Shown piece after piece: positions 21,678 to 33,246 of a stretch of 56,154 bases of DNA; the stretch's first letter is position 1; the number at the start of each line of letters is the position of its first letter. The stretch comes from Malassezia furfur (lineage: Eukaryota), in the NCBI GenBank assembly GCA_052055015.1, contig JBQJIT010000024.1; one strand, 5' to 3'. The notes below the pieces were generated by a model. That model was not told the DNA's origin and did not search any database. It saw only the letters and a list, made by a program, of their open reading frames with translations. Made by a program: the position numbers and the translations under genes.

Positions 21678-22125
21678 CTTGCTTCTATTGGTGGGGAGAA
21701 TGGAGAATGGCTTGTTTCTACAAGTTTTATATGGTTCAGGAGCACTGTCCCCGCTCCCGGTCATCTTGCAAAATCGATCACATCAGACTGCGAACGTGCG
21801 GCGCTTTGTTCAAGCGAACGTGTACAAGTTGCGGACTCGGTGACGTGCTTTCCCCGCAGTGACGTGATCGTGTCGCATGGGCCACCTCTTCGTCTCTCCA
21901 CATTGCATACACGGTCCCCACGTGAGGATCACCGATCTGGGTAGAGCACAGCCACGTGCACATAGCGCTGGCACGCATAAGTGGCGTACCCCTACATTCG
22001 GTCGCTTAATTTGGGTGACGCCCATCAGCCCAGGGGTTGGCGCGCGTGGATTGGCTCAGTACGCGAAAGTCGCGCGCGCGCGGCGCTCCGGTGCTGTGCC
22101 GCTGGACTCTTCCCTCACCCACACC

Positions 22126-23377
22126 ATGCTCCATGTGGATGGGTGTACCGCGATGACACAGCTGGCTCTGTTCTATGTTGCGCTGCTGGGCATGGTTGCG
22201 ATGGTCTCCGCAGATGCGTACCCATACTCTACGACATGGGTGCCGAAGCCCTCGTCGCTTCCCCAAAAATCGGAAGACAAGCAGATTGGAACGAACGCGT
22301 GCGGAACGGGTTCGAACCAGTCGTCTATGTGCCAAAATTTGTACATCAACTCTGCTACGGACTTCTGCCTGTGGGGCGGGCCAGGGCCTGTCGCCCAGGG
22401 TGTCGGCCAGTCGGAGCGTGAAGTGGTGAGCTACTGCACCAAGTCGGGTCGTGGCACGCGTCTGATTCCGGACGGCACGTTGAAGAGTGTGCACTTTGTC
22501 AAAACACCTCACTATGTGCAAGTCAGTGGAACTGGCTCTTTTGATAAGATATTCTTCACGAATGCGGGTGGTGGTGGAGAGTTGGATCCGCACGGTCCCG
22601 ACGAGATGGGCAACCCCCGTGGTGGCCTCGTGTTTTCGGACGCGTTTGGGCATGGCCTGATGCAAGTGCATGAATGGGTACGTTGGAACAGCATGTGTTT
22701 GTGCTTACCGTCAGAACAGCTTCATGGATGACAAGACGTATTGTCTTCGCGCTTGCCCGGACGGTGACTCGGCGTACCAGTACTGCAAAAACATTTACGA
22801 TGAACTGGGTTGCAACTTCAACATGCCCACGGGTCCCGACCGCCTCGGTGTGTTTGAGTCCTGCGAGGGCGATGATGCGGAGATTGTGGGCGTCTATACC
22901 AACAATGGAAGTGTGTCGACCTTCTTCGAATCTCAAACCTCTACGGGCGTGCCTATTCCTAGTCCAAAGCCCGCTCCCGCGGTGAGCAACTGCAACACCT
23001 TTGCGTCTTCCCTCTTGGGTGGTTCGCTGAAACATCCCTTCCGAAAAGCCGCTCTGGAAACACCTCTATCTCTGGGCACCTCTTCCTCCGCCTGGTGGTC
23101 GTCTTCGTCATGGTCGTCTTCGTCATGGTCGTCATCATCCACCTCGTCCTCCTCTTCGTCCTCCTCCTCCTCCTCCTCGTCTTCCTCTTCCTCGTCAACG
23201 TCTTCGTCAACCCCCACGACGCTGACGACGTCACGGCCCACGGTTGCTGCCGTGACTTCGTCCAGCACGTCCCCGCTTCTCAAACTGAGCAGTGGCAGTG
23301 TTCATGTGCATGCCGCTTATGTGATACCCATGGTAATTGCGGTTGCTACCCTCTTGGTCGCGTGTTTGACACTGTGA
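22126..23377 (+). CDS. Secreted/GPI-anchored mannoprotein, Cryptococcus MP88-like
   Basis: Signal peptide; Cys-containing domain CQNLYINSATDFCLW...YCTKSGRGTRLIPDG...GGELDPHGPD..GNPRGGLVFS; Ser-rich stalk; hydrophobic C-terminus. Intron 22678-22714. The start could be 22153. Confidence 0.85.
23096..23210 (+). repeat. 15-bp WSSSS repeat x3 followed by a poly-Ser low-complexity tract
   Basis: tggtcgtcttcgtca tandem units at 23096-23140, then tcc/tcg/tct runs. Confidence 0.8.
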
Positions 23378-23640
23378 TACGTTAATAGTCCCCTGAATCT
23401 GTCGATTTGTGAATCTGAAATCGGGCCAGCTGTCCGATGAGCGCATAGGGTACCGCTTGTTCCTGTGACCTGTTTAGTAAGCGATATGGGTCCGGCGGGA
23501 AGCGTTGAAATCGGTCTCCGCTGCCAGGATATTTTTTGTTGAGGAACGCATTTCACATGCAACCCCACACCCGTATTACTAGCTAGCACTACTGGCACTT
23601 AAATTAAAGAGACTCAGCGAGTAATTGGCATTCTTCCAAC

Positions 23641-24648
23641 ATGACTTCCATGGCCAATTTGAACCGACCTCGACCGGGTGCGGACTCCTGGTTGAAGTCT
23701 AAGGACCTTCCGCTCGGACACCGGGTTATCCGTGCGTTGGGCGTGCTTGCGCCACACGCGGAAGATGTCCCTAAATTTGGTCCTGAGACCAAGGTTCCTG
23801 TGTTTAGCGAGTGGAACCAAGCGGTATACCTTGTGCCTTGTGCCCTTGCACCGTTTACCGTGCGGTATCTTTACTATAACTATGTGGACCAGTCCATGCC
23901 GAATGCGTGGACCATGTGGGTCATGCTCTTCTCTTACACGCTCTTGTTTGGCTTGTCGTTTGTTCGGTTCTTAAACCGTCTTGCGCTTAAGCATGGATAC
24001 TTGGACGGCGGCGTTGGTCGTGACACAGTACCCTTCTCCCAGACCACCAAGGTCGCTCTGGAGGCGATTGGTGGCTTGACCCTGCGTCCGGCCTTGGCCG
24101 TCCTGTGCGCCTATGACCCCCAGGCGAAACCGGAGCTTAGCCTCTGGCTTCCGTTTCAGCTGTTTATCTTTACGCTGGTGGAAGACTTTTACTACTACTG
24201 GCTCCACCGCGGTTGCCATGAGGCGGAGAGTGCGTGGCATTTCCACCGTCTGCACCACACGACAAAGCACCCCACTACGATGCTTCTCGGGTATGCGGAC
24301 GAAATTCAGGAGTGCTTCGACATTTTCCTTGTTCCGTTTGCCTCTTGGCTTACCTACCCTCTCTCCTTCGATGCGATGACAGTGTGGATCATTATCCACA
24401 TTTCCATTCAGCTTCACGGTCACAGTGGGCTTCGTCTTCACTATGGCACAATCCTGACCGGGCCTTTCCTGCGTCCGTTTGGTCTTGAAATCGTGGGCGA
24501 GGACCACGATTTGCACCATCGCCATGGGTGGAAGGACTCGTACAACTACGGAAAACAGTCCAACATGTGGGACACCCTGTTTGGCACTCGTGGTGAGCGC
24601 ATCGAATGTGCTCCCGACCACTTGACCCACGACAAGTTTATCTCTTAA
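23641..24648 (+). CDS. Fatty acid hydroxylase / sterol desaturase superfamily membrane di-iron enzyme
   Basis: His boxes DFYYYWLHRGCH, FHRLHH, HGHSG and DHDLHH, plus YNYGKQSNMWDTLFGT and multiple TM segments. Confidence 0.92.
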   Translation: MTSMANLNRPRPGADSWLKSKDLPLGHRVIRALGVLAPHAEDVPKFGPETKVPVFSEWNQAVYLVPCALAPFTVRYLYYNYVDQSMPNAWTMWVMLFSYTLLFGLSFVRFLNRLALKHGYLDGGVGRDTVPFSQTTKVALEAIGGLTLRPALAVLCAYDPQAKPELSLWLPFQLFIFTLVEDFYYYWLHRGCHEAESAWHFHRLHHTTKHPTTMLLGYADEIQECFDIFLVPFASWLTYPLSFDAMTVWIIIHISIQLHGHSGLRLHYGTILTGPFLRPFGLEIVGEDHDLHHRHGWKDSYNYGKQSNMWDTLFGTRGERIECAPDHLTHDKFIS

Positions 24649-24788
24649 CAGTGTTATATACTCATTTTGTTTTATCATAGATGCATAATTGGATCACGAC
24701 AATCGACTGTATCGCTAGTGCGTTGAAGAAGCATGCTTGGATGTTGGATACAACTACATTGCGGAACGAAGCTATAGACAATTCTGTT

Positions 24789-26153
24789 TTAAAATACAAT
24801 CATATCACGACGGGCAATCTCAAAACGGCGACGCATCTGGCCCAGCAGCCGCTGGCGTCGGCTTCCGCTAGCAGCTTGGTCGACAGGGTACTCGCTGACC
24901 ACATAGTTTTGGCCATTCAAAATAGGATTCAGTTCTCGCGGCATCTGGATTTGAATTCCTTTTCCGAGCGAGACTTTGCGGCCTTCTTTGGAAGACTGGC
25001 GGCGTGGTGCAACACCATTCATGGAGGTGACCGACATCCAGTCTTCCAAGTCGTCCTCGTCGTCTTCGCTGACGGGCGGGAGGTTGTGGCCACGCTTGTC
25101 ACCTTGCAGAAGCAAGCGCCCAAGTGCACGACGCACAAGCATACTGCGTCGGATATGAGGGATGTCGAGTCCTTGTTGTTTGCAGTATTCGAGCTCCTCC
25201 ATGTAGGCCTTGCGCCAGGCCTCCGGGGCACTGTACCAAAGCTTGTACACGGCATTCGACACCAGCCGGCGAGCGCGCGCATCCTTCGCAATTTGCTTGG
25301 CATCTGATCGGGCACCGAGGGACTTGAGGGCGTCGTGCTCCTCCAGTTCGTCGGCGCTGTCGAGCAGCCGGGTCGCCTCGTCGATAACGGCCTGGCGCTC
25401 CAACTCGCGCTTCTTCGCCTCAGCCTTCCGCTTGAGCGAGCGCCGGTAGAGCCCACGAATACTCTTGTACGCCCACACAACGTGCATTGGGAATGTTATG
25501 ATGCCAAACACCAGCGGCCACCAGCTTGCCTTGCTCTGATCGACGTACCGACCGCTCGGAATCGCAAACGAGTACAACAGGCAGAGGTGGATGACAATCC
25601 GCGTGGCCAAGAACGAAAGTGTGAATGCCCAATATGAGCGCAAACGAGGGTTCAACACACCGATCCCCATGATCCAGGTCGGCAGTTCCATGACAGCGGA
25701 AAACGCAAACGCATGCGACCAGCGATTAATGATCCAGCTAATGCACAACATGGAATAAAGGGTATGATGCACCCATCCACTGGAGAAGTTGACAAATTTC
25801 CGGTAGCAGACAAACCCAGTCCCCAAGTCGGAGACGAGGTAGGCAATGAAGAACAGGCACACGGGGTCAGCAATCGATTCGCGATGCGGAGACATCTTTT
25901 GCCAGTTCATGCCCGTGTAGAAGAAATCAAACACAAAGGGTGTAGACATGAACGATACGACGAATGCCGAAAAGGTCGTGATGATCCAGGACCGTTTCCG
26001 CATCTGTTCTTCGCTCTTGCCCTCATACAGTGTGCGGCCCAGCAGCTGGTATACGGCTTGAATTAGCGTGAAGAACACGAGAAATTTGTGTAAATATTGG
26101 CTTTGAAACACAATGTCTGCATACGACGCAACGGAGTGGGTTTCGAGCTTCAT
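24789..26153 (-). CDS. TLC (TRAM/LAG1/CLN8) domain membrane protein with a charged C-terminal extension
   Basis: [27 protein letters not shown] and FLATRI motifs with several TM helices. Confidence 0.85.
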   Translation of the reverse strand: MKLETHSVASYADIVFQSQYLHKFLVFFTLIQAVYQLLGRTLYEGKSEEQMRKRSWIITTFSAFVVSFMSTPFVFDFFYTGMNWQKMSPHRESIADPVCLFFIAYLVSDLGTGFVCYRKFVNFSSGWVHHTLYSMLCISWIINRWSHAFAFSAVMELPTWIMGIGVLNPRLRSYWAFTLSFLATRIVIHLCLLYSFAIPSGRYVDQSKASWWPLVFGIITFPMHVVWAYKSIRGLYRRSLKRKAEAKKRELERQAVIDEATRLLDSADELEEHDALKSLGARSDAKQIAKDARARRLVSNAVYKLWYSAPEAWRKAYMEELEYCKQQGLDIPHIRRSMLVRRALGRLLLQGDKRGHNLPPVSEDDEDDLEDWMSVTSMNGVAPRRQSSKEGRKVSLGKGIQIQMPRELNPILNGQNYVVSEYPVDQAASGSRRQRLLGQMRRRFEIARRDMIVF

Positions 26154-26285
26154 AGTGCTCCGCTGGCCGCAGAGGCAGAGAGAATGGGGTTCTCACGAAG
26201 GTGTCGCACGTCGATTGGACTCCACGTAAATCATGGATCGCACGTGCGTCCAACACTGCAGTGTGGAGGGCGCAGCAAGAAGGAC

Positions 26286-27496
26286 ATGGCGGCGCTTGGA
26301 GCGGAGGAATTCGCGCGGTATAGCCGGCAATTGCTCTTGCCTGGTTTTGGGATCCAGGCACAGACAGCGCTTAAGGAGGCACATGTACTAGTGGTGGGAG
26401 CTGGTGGGCTTGGATGCCCTGCTGTACAATACTTGGCGGCCGGCGGTGTGGGTCACATTACGGTGGTTGACGCCGACGTCGTCGAGACGAGCAACCTTGC
26501 GCGTCAGATCCTACATACTGACAATCGAGTTGGAATGAACAAAGCCGAGTCTATTGTACAAGCCGTCAAATTGTATGTGCATGCAACTCACACAGACTGA
26601 ATCCCCATGTCCATGTCGAAGCATACCCCTCACTATTTACGGCACACAATGCAGTTCAGCTGACACAAGCGCATGATTTGGTACTTGACTGTACAGACAA
26701 TGTCATGACACGCTATCTCATCTCGGATGCTGCAGTTCTGGCGGGAAAACAAGTCGTAAGTGGTGCCGCCCAGGGTTACGACGGCCAACTGGTGGTGCTA
26801 CACAAGGATGAAGGCGAAAAACGGGGCCCATGCTACCGCTGCCTGTTTCCCGAGGCGCCTAGGCCAGAACATACACAGTCATGCGATGATGGTGGTGTCT
26901 TGGGTACGGTGACAGGACTCATTGGTACACTTCAGGCGATTGAGGCCATCAAGTTGCTGACGCGTGTCGGTGAGGCAACGCCACCGACGATGCTGTTTGC
27001 AAGTCCCTTTTCCGCGACACCCTTCCGAAACGTTCGGATCCGTCCCCGCCAAGTGAAACGATGCCGGATATGTGGTGACCCGACATGGGTGCCCGACCGC
27101 ATCACCGACCTGGCCGCCGAGGATTACACGTCATTCTGCCGACTGACAGTCCCACCGCAGTTTGATGTACGCAGCGAGGACGTGGGCATTCTCAAAGCTC
27201 GTCGCCTTGCAGAAGGCGATGCCCTCGTCGTCGACGTGCGGCCTCCGCATGAGTTTGCCATAACAGCCCTGGACGCTTCACGCAATCTCCCGATCGAGGC
27301 GGTCCGTGCGGATCCGAGCGCTGCGGCTGCGTCGCTGCCGCCCAAGCAACCCGTGCTGGTCGTTTGCCGTGCCGGGAACGACTCGCGCGAAGCGGTGCAT
27401 TTGCTGCAAGCCGCGGATCCTACACGCGCATATGCAAACGTGGGTGGGGGGCTTCGGGCGCATGCCCGTCGTGATCCTACATTCAAGATGTACTAA
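26286..27496 (+). CDS. UBA4: Adenylyltransferase/sulfurtransferase Uba4/MOCS3 (ThiF/MoeB plus rhodanese)
   Basis: [54 protein letters not shown] and C-terminal rhodanese VVCRAGNDS. Intron 26573-26595. Confidence 0.95.
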
Positions 27497-27498
27497 GA

Positions 27499-30400
27499 CT
27501 ACGACGCTGGCGGCTGTACCAAGTCCTTGTGCAAGACATCGATTACCAACGGATCGATGCTGGCGAGTGCTTGGTGCAGGATTGCACCGCTCTCGGTATT
27601 TTGAGGGTGCGCGGCCAGCGCCATGTTGAGCGACGTAGAAATGTACGGCCGTAGAGGCTCGGTGACCACGGGGTCCTTTTGCATCAGTTGTTCGGAGCGC
27701 TTGGCCGTAGGGCTGGTATCTTCCAATGCGCCAAACACAGAGCCCAGCAGGCCGAGTTCGAGCTCGTCGTCGAGGTCTTCGGATGCGCCCAGCTGGTCCG
27801 GGGACTGCTCACGCTCGTATAGGAGAGAGTTGCCGTGGGAGTCCTCGACGACTTGGCCGAGAATATCGGTCCAGACACCGACCATCTCAGGCACAAGACG
27901 CAGAACGTCGGTATCCTCGGCACTGGTTGCGCCACGCAAGATGCTTGCGATCCCCAGCGCGGTGATCTTCATCTTGCGCATCGACGCCATGTTCTCCACG
28001 CGGCGGATCAGGGCAGGGAGCAGCAGGGTCCATAGGGCTCCCGGATGTGACCCCTGCAGCGCGTTTTGCACCGCAGGTTTGTCGGCCAGCGCCTGAGCGA
28101 CGATCGGCGTACTCGCACGCACCAGTTCGTGGAAGTACGGGGCCAGGAGGCTGTAGGCAAGGCGGCTCAGCAGGCACACAAACTTGGTGGCAATCACGGC
28201 CGACTCCTCGTCGCGGAGCAGCGTGGCCACAAGCATGGCAAACAGGTTTGTCGAATGCAGAGTCTCGACAAAGTAACGGAGTGCCTCGGGTCGCCCATCG
28301 GCCGCGAGCGTGCACAGGTGGCTCTCGATGGCGCCGAGCGGAGCGACGATCACAGGGCTGTCGCGGTCAGCGAACAGCGACCCGAGCGCCGCATACATCT
28401 CGGCACCGAACCGCTCGAGGAGGTCCACAGGAGCGAGCAGGCACAGCTCTTCCCAGATGCGGCATACGAGCGGCGCGTAGTCCGGCTGCAGCACAAGCGA
28501 CACCACGGCCTCCGTGAGCGAGAACAGCGCATTCGACAGGTGCTGCGTGGCCTGCAATGCGTGCGCGAACAGCAGCAGCGCATCGTAGCCGAGCAGCGGC
28601 GCCATGGCGGGCGTCAAGCTGTCGCGCACGACGTGGGACACGGTGCTGTGCAGCTCGAGTAACACGGGGCTGTGTGGGTCGTACAGCGACGGCCCCACAG
28701 CAATCGCCAGCTTACCGAGGAACTCGAGGATGCTCGGTTTTGCCCGCGCTTCGGGGTCCTCGTGCGCCCAGAGCGTGGGAATGAGCTGGACGAGGCGCGG
28801 CGCATACGGCGCAGTGCGAGCGCCCATCCGCTCAATGAGGACCGAGAGCGTGGAAGCGACGGTGCGGATGCTACCCACCTCGCTGAGCTCGCCGTCGGCA
28901 ATCAGGTACACGAGCCCGGCGAGTGCGTCGCCCAGGAACGGCTCAAACGTCTCTGCGTCGAACTCGACCGTGTCGGCCAGCGCCATGAGCGAGCGCGCCG
29001 CGGCAAGCTGGACCGCGGCATCGGTGCGCCCCGGCTGGTAGGACAGCAGCTGCACGAGCACGCCGTATACGTCCGGCCGCATCTCGGTGAGCACCTGCTC
29101 GTTCCACTCCCACAGCAGCCAGGCGATGCGCCGACGGATCACGACCCACGACGCGTCGACGGTCGGCGGGAGCATCATGGCCTCAGGGATGAGCCGCGTA
29201 CGGATCGCGTCGGACATGCGGTGGATGTTTTCCGGCCCGAGCGTTGCACCGCCAATCTCCTCGTCGTCCTCGGTGAGGTTCGGGTCGAGCTGGTCACGGC
29301 ACAGGCCGAGCGCCGTGTAGATGGCATCGCGCGCCAGCACGGCATCGAGGGAGGTGCAGTCCAAGGTACGTGCGGCATGGAAGCGCGCAAACACAGTCTC
29401 GGCGACGTTGGGCACCATATCCGGCGTCACACCTGCACGCACACTGCGTACGCACCACTCCGATAGCGCCTTGAGCAGGCTCTCTGCTGCAGGGCGGATG
29501 TCGAGGTCTGCGTCCGCCTGGGTCTCCTCGATCGCGAACTCCTCGGGGCTTTCCTGCCAGCGCATCAGGTCGTCCGAGGTGAGACGCAGGTAGGTGCTGA
29601 GCAAGACGTCGACTGCCTCGATTTCAAAGTGGGCACCTGACATGCCGACGAATGGCGAGTCGGTCGGACGGTTGCGGCGCCAGCACATGAGCGTCGTGCG
29701 CACAATGACGAGCGTAAGCACAAGCCAGCGGTAGGGGTAGGGCACGATGTATGCCTCGTCGGATGCCGCCTCGGGCTTGTGCAGTGCGGCGGCCGCCCCG
29801 TTCTGCGCCGCGGTGCGCAGCACTGTCCAGTACCACCAGGCAACCTCGGCCCACCCCGGCCACTGGGCGACCTTGTTGTGCATCTTGTTGACGAGCGCCA
29901 AGTGGAATTTCGCATAGACGGTCATGTACTTGGTCAGAGGCACGACGAGCGACGCGAGTTGGGCATCGGCGCGCGCAGCTTCCACGACATACAGCCGCAG
30001 CTGCATGAGGGTCTCGAGCTGGCGCGGCGTACAGACAAAGAAGGCGTATGCCAGGTTGTCGCCCTTGCCCTGGCGCTGCTGCACCTGGACCGAGATGATG
30101 CCCGTGTCGGCGAGCGCGAGGCGGTGCAGCACCTTGAAGAGCAGGTGGCACGCGCGGATCCGCTCGTGCACACCCGGCGTGTGCGACCAGGTGGCGACGG
30201 ATGCGGCCGTCGCTTCGCGCAGGTCAAACGTGTCGGCGAACAGCTGCTCGAACGCCGGCTGGAGCACCGGGAGCAGCGTGCGTGCGAGGTCGGTCATGCG
30301 CAGTTTCCCCGCAAGCACACGCACCGTCTCAAACTCCTTGAGGCACTGGCGCAGTACGTCGCTCGCGCGCAGCAGCAGCAGTGTGTCCTGTGCGGTCGCG

Positions 30401-30906
30401 TCCATGGGCTCGCCTGCGGACGCGGCGCGGTGGATCGACGCGCAGGCAGTCTCGATGGCCTCACGCATCATCGGGATCAGTTTTGGCCAGTCATTAGGGT
30501 AGTCAATGCGTGCGATGCGCGCGGTCGCGACGGCCGCCTGCAGCGCAATGGTGCGGTCTGTTTCGTGGAGCACCTGGAGGAGCTGCGAGCGGATGTGTTC
30601 CTTGGTCGCGTCGGAGATTTTCACCGTGCCGCCGCGCAGCACGCGTGGGCGCCAAAACTTGAGCACGCCGTTCTTGAAGCGGATGATCGCGAGGCGACGC
30701 AAGTTGGTGTACGCGTCGGCGTCGGGCTGGGACGCATGGCTGGTGTCGAACGCGACCTGGGCGAGTGCGAGCCAGTACGCCTCGTCCGCCTCCCAAGCAT
30801 CGAGCTGCTGGTTGGCCTGCTGCAGTATGGCCGCATCCGACGTCGATGTCGCTGCTGCGAGCGTGTCGAGCAGCGCGCTGGGCGCGAACGCAGGCTCGGC
30901 GCGCAT
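27499..30906 (-). CDS. Importin-11 / Kap120-like karyopherin beta
   Basis: IBN_N region LAIIRFKNGVLKFWR, ARIARIDYPNDWP, WQESPEEF and IRRRIAWLLWEW. HEAT-repeat protein of about 1135 aa. Confidence 0.88.
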   Translation of the reverse strand: MRAEPAFAPSALLDTLAAATSTSDAAILQQANQQLDAWEADEAYWLALAQVAFDTSHASQPDADAYTNLRRLAIIRFKNGVLKFWRPRVLRGGTVKISDATKEHIRSQLLQVLHETDRTIALQAAVATARIARIDYPNDWPKLIPMMREAIETACASIHRAASAGEPMDATAQDTLLLLRASDVLRQCLKEFETVRVLAGKLRMTDLARTLLPVLQPAFEQLFADTFDLREATAASVATWSHTPGVHERIRACHLLFKVLHRLALADTGIISVQVQQRQGKGDNLAYAFFVCTPRQLETLMQLRLYVVEAARADAQLASLVVPLTKYMTVYAKFHLALVNKMHNKVAQWPGWAEVAWWYWTVLRTAAQNGAAAALHKPEAASDEAYIVPYPYRWLVLTLVIVRTTLMCWRRNRPTDSPFVGMSGAHFEIEAVDVLLSTYLRLTSDDLMRWQESPEEFAIEETQADADLDIRPAAESLLKALSEWCVRSVRAGVTPDMVPNVAETVFARFHAARTLDCTSLDAVLARDAIYTALGLCRDQLDPNLTEDDEEIGGATLGPENIHRMSDAIRTRLIPEAMMLPPTVDASWVVIRRRIAWLLWEWNEQVLTEMRPDVYGVLVQLLSYQPGRTDAAVQLAAARSLMALADTVEFDAETFEPFLGDALAGLVYLIADGELSEVGSIRTVASTLSVLIERMGARTAPYAPRLVQLIPTLWAHEDPEARAKPSILEFLGKLAIAVGPSLYDPHSPVLLELHSTVSHVVRDSLTPAMAPLLGYDALLLFAHALQATQHLSNALFSLTEAVVSLVLQPDYAPLVCRIWEELCLLAPVDLLERFGAEMYAALGSLFADRDSPVIVAPLGAIESHLCTLAADGRPEALRYFVETLHSTNLFAMLVATLLRDEESAVIATKFVCLLSRLAYSLLAPYFHELVRASTPIVAQALADKPAVQNALQGSHPGALWTLLLPALIRRVENMASMRKMKITALGIASILRGATSAEDTDVLRLVPEMVGVWTDILGQVVEDSHGNSLLYEREQSPDQLGASEDLDDELELGLLGSVFGALEDTSPTAKRSEQLMQKDPVVTEPLRPYISTSLNMALAAHPQNTESGAILHQALASIDPLVIDVLHKDLVQPPAS

Positions 30907-31000
30907 GGCCGCGGACGGAGCTGGTGTCGAACCCCCGATTTGCCCGATGCACAAGAGGTCGGGCGCCCGGCGGAGGGCGCCGCGTGGCTGCGGACGCTAC

Positions 31001-32700
31001 TTACGGCTTGAAGCTGGTCAGGTCCTTGTTGCGGAGCCAGCGGTTGAGCATGTTGAGCGAAACTGCAGGCTGGTCGTGCGGCACCATGTGGCCCGCGTTG
31101 TCGATCCACGCAAACGTCAGGTTGCCCGCATGGTCGCCGGCCTTGACGACCCAACCGGCGCGCTTGGGCTTGAGGCCCTTGCTGAAGGTGTAGAGCGGGA
31201 CGTTGGTGGCGTTCTGGATCTCCTCGTGAAACGGGTTGTCGAACTCGAGCACCCACTTGTGGTTGCCGATCGCGTTGCACATAAAGTCGGCCTCGCCCGC
31301 GTAGATCAGCACGCGGATGCCGTCCTCGAGGAGCGGCGAAAGCAGCGCGGCGCTGTTCACCATCGAGTCGCCCTGCATCATGAACTGCTGGTTGAGCTGC
31401 ATGTTGCAGCTCTGGAACTCGACCGAGGACGGCACACCGAGCTGCTTCTTGATATCGGGCTTGTTCATCAGCGTCTCGATCCAGTTCATCTGCGGGTAGC
31501 ACAGCGCGCCGTCCTTTTCGTGGTCGCACTGCTGGCGGACATCGTACAGATTCACGCCGAGGTCCTGCACGGGGCCATAGAGCGAACCCCAGCAGTAGAG
31601 CGCCGCCGGCACACACACGAGGCGCGTGTTGAAGCGGTAGCACTGCTCAATCAGCGTGTTGCACATCTCGGCGCGCTTGTACAGCGACTGGCACGTCTCA
31701 CTGTCCGGCTCCAGCAGGTGGAACTTGTTCTCCGGCGAGCATGCATAGTCGGGCACGCTCGAGAACTGCACCTGCGGGTCCGTCAGGCCGTTGCCGATCA
31801 TCAGCGACTCGAGGTTCACGTGGACGATCGGCGCAAATTCGGACAGCGACGCCTGCTGGTTCAGCTGCTTGTTCTTCTTGTGGATCTCGGCGCCGATGTG
31901 CGGCGCGTAATGGCCGCCGTACGACTCGGCCGCGACTGTGAGCGGCAGGTGCGCATACTTGGGGAAGCGCGTCAGGAACAGCTGCAGGAACGCGTACACA
32001 TCCTCGGCAGACTTGACCGAGTTGTCGATCGTCTCGCCCGTGTCCGAGTACGAGTAGCCCACATCGAGCGGCTGGTCGAGGAACAGCAGGTTCGCCTTGT
32101 TGTTCCACGCATACTCGTTGTACTCGACGCTCTCGCCCTCGTCCGCAATGTTGCACGGGCCCAGCTCAAAGAGCATGCCCGTCGACGACGAGCAGCCAGG
32201 GCCGCCGTTGAGCCACAGCACCAACGGGTCCGTCTTGGGCGACGAGCGACTCTCGTACAGGATGAACCAGAGGTGCGCACCCTCACGGATGTCCAGGTAG
32301 CCCGAGATCTGCTTCACGTCGGGGTCACAGAATGACGTGCGGTCCTCGCTCGAGACACGCAGCTGGTACTCGGGGAATGCGGGGTGGGCGAGTTTTTGGA
32401 CTGGGTCAGCCGCGCAAGGCACGTACACAAAACACCGTCGACCATCTCTGTGCCCTTGAGCATCCACTCGGGCGCACTGTCGGGCAGCACGTCCGACACA
32501 GCGGGCGTATCGAGCGTTTCGTCCAGGAACGGCACAGGCCACGCCTTATCGGCGACGCCCGTCGCCTTCTGCCACACGAGCGCAATCGAGTTGCGCATGC
32601 CATTCAGAAGCGAGTCGGTCAGAGACGCATGAGCGTGGGCGGTGCCCACGACACACACGAGCGCAACAAGCGCAAGAAACCAGGGACGCAGGGCGAGCAT
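31001..32700 (-). CDS. Carboxypeptidase Y-like serine carboxypeptidase (peptidase S10)
   Basis: Signal peptide, WLNGGPGCSS, FLDQP..VGYSY, AESYGGHY (catalytic Ser), GEADFMCN (Asp) and AGHMVP (His). Intron 32401-32426. Confidence 0.95.
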
Positions 32701-32764
32701 CGCGAACCAGGTGGCGAAGCACTAACCCGTCGCAACGTGGGGGCCCATTTACGCCGCACGTGAC

Positions 32765-32786
32765 GGAGGGTGGGGGGGGTGGGGGG
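32765..32786 (+). other. G-tract with G-quadruplex potential upstream of the CPY gene
   Basis: GGAGGGTGGGGGGGGTGGGGGG, with an A12 run nearby at 32901-32912. Confidence 0.45.
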
Positions 32787-33246
32787 CTCGAGCGCCGCCC
32801 AGCTGCAGGTGTTAGGGTGCTGGGCGTCGGTGCGTCGGTGCATTCGTCGTACGTGACCAGCACAACATCCGCTCGTATGACTATATAGAGCTACAAGCAG
32901 AAAAAAAAAAAAGAGAGAGTAAAGATGTTCTCCGCAAGGAGGAGCGATGGAGCGCCTAGGATGCAGACGACGGAGCGCACGCGACACGGCGCGCACGACA
33001 CCGACCCACTCCATTCAAACTGCGATTCCTTCGTCTTATGGGATGTCCAACGTCTGCCCCGGTCCATGGGCACGCCCAGTGCGGCCTGAGCATGTCGTCC
33101 GGCTGTGCGCGGACGTCGGCATGCTCCTGTGCGGGCATGCCCACCATCACGTGACGCGCTCGTGGCGATGTCGACGCGGCTGGCGCGCCATCGTGCAGGG
33201 TCCGCGACGCGGCGCTAGCATGCGCTCGGAATAGGACGACGGGAGG

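Noticed and set aside
30506..32335. 609-aa + strand ORF
   Set aside because: It is the antisense shadow of CPY/importin-11 caused by GC-rich codon bias, with no recognisable motifs.
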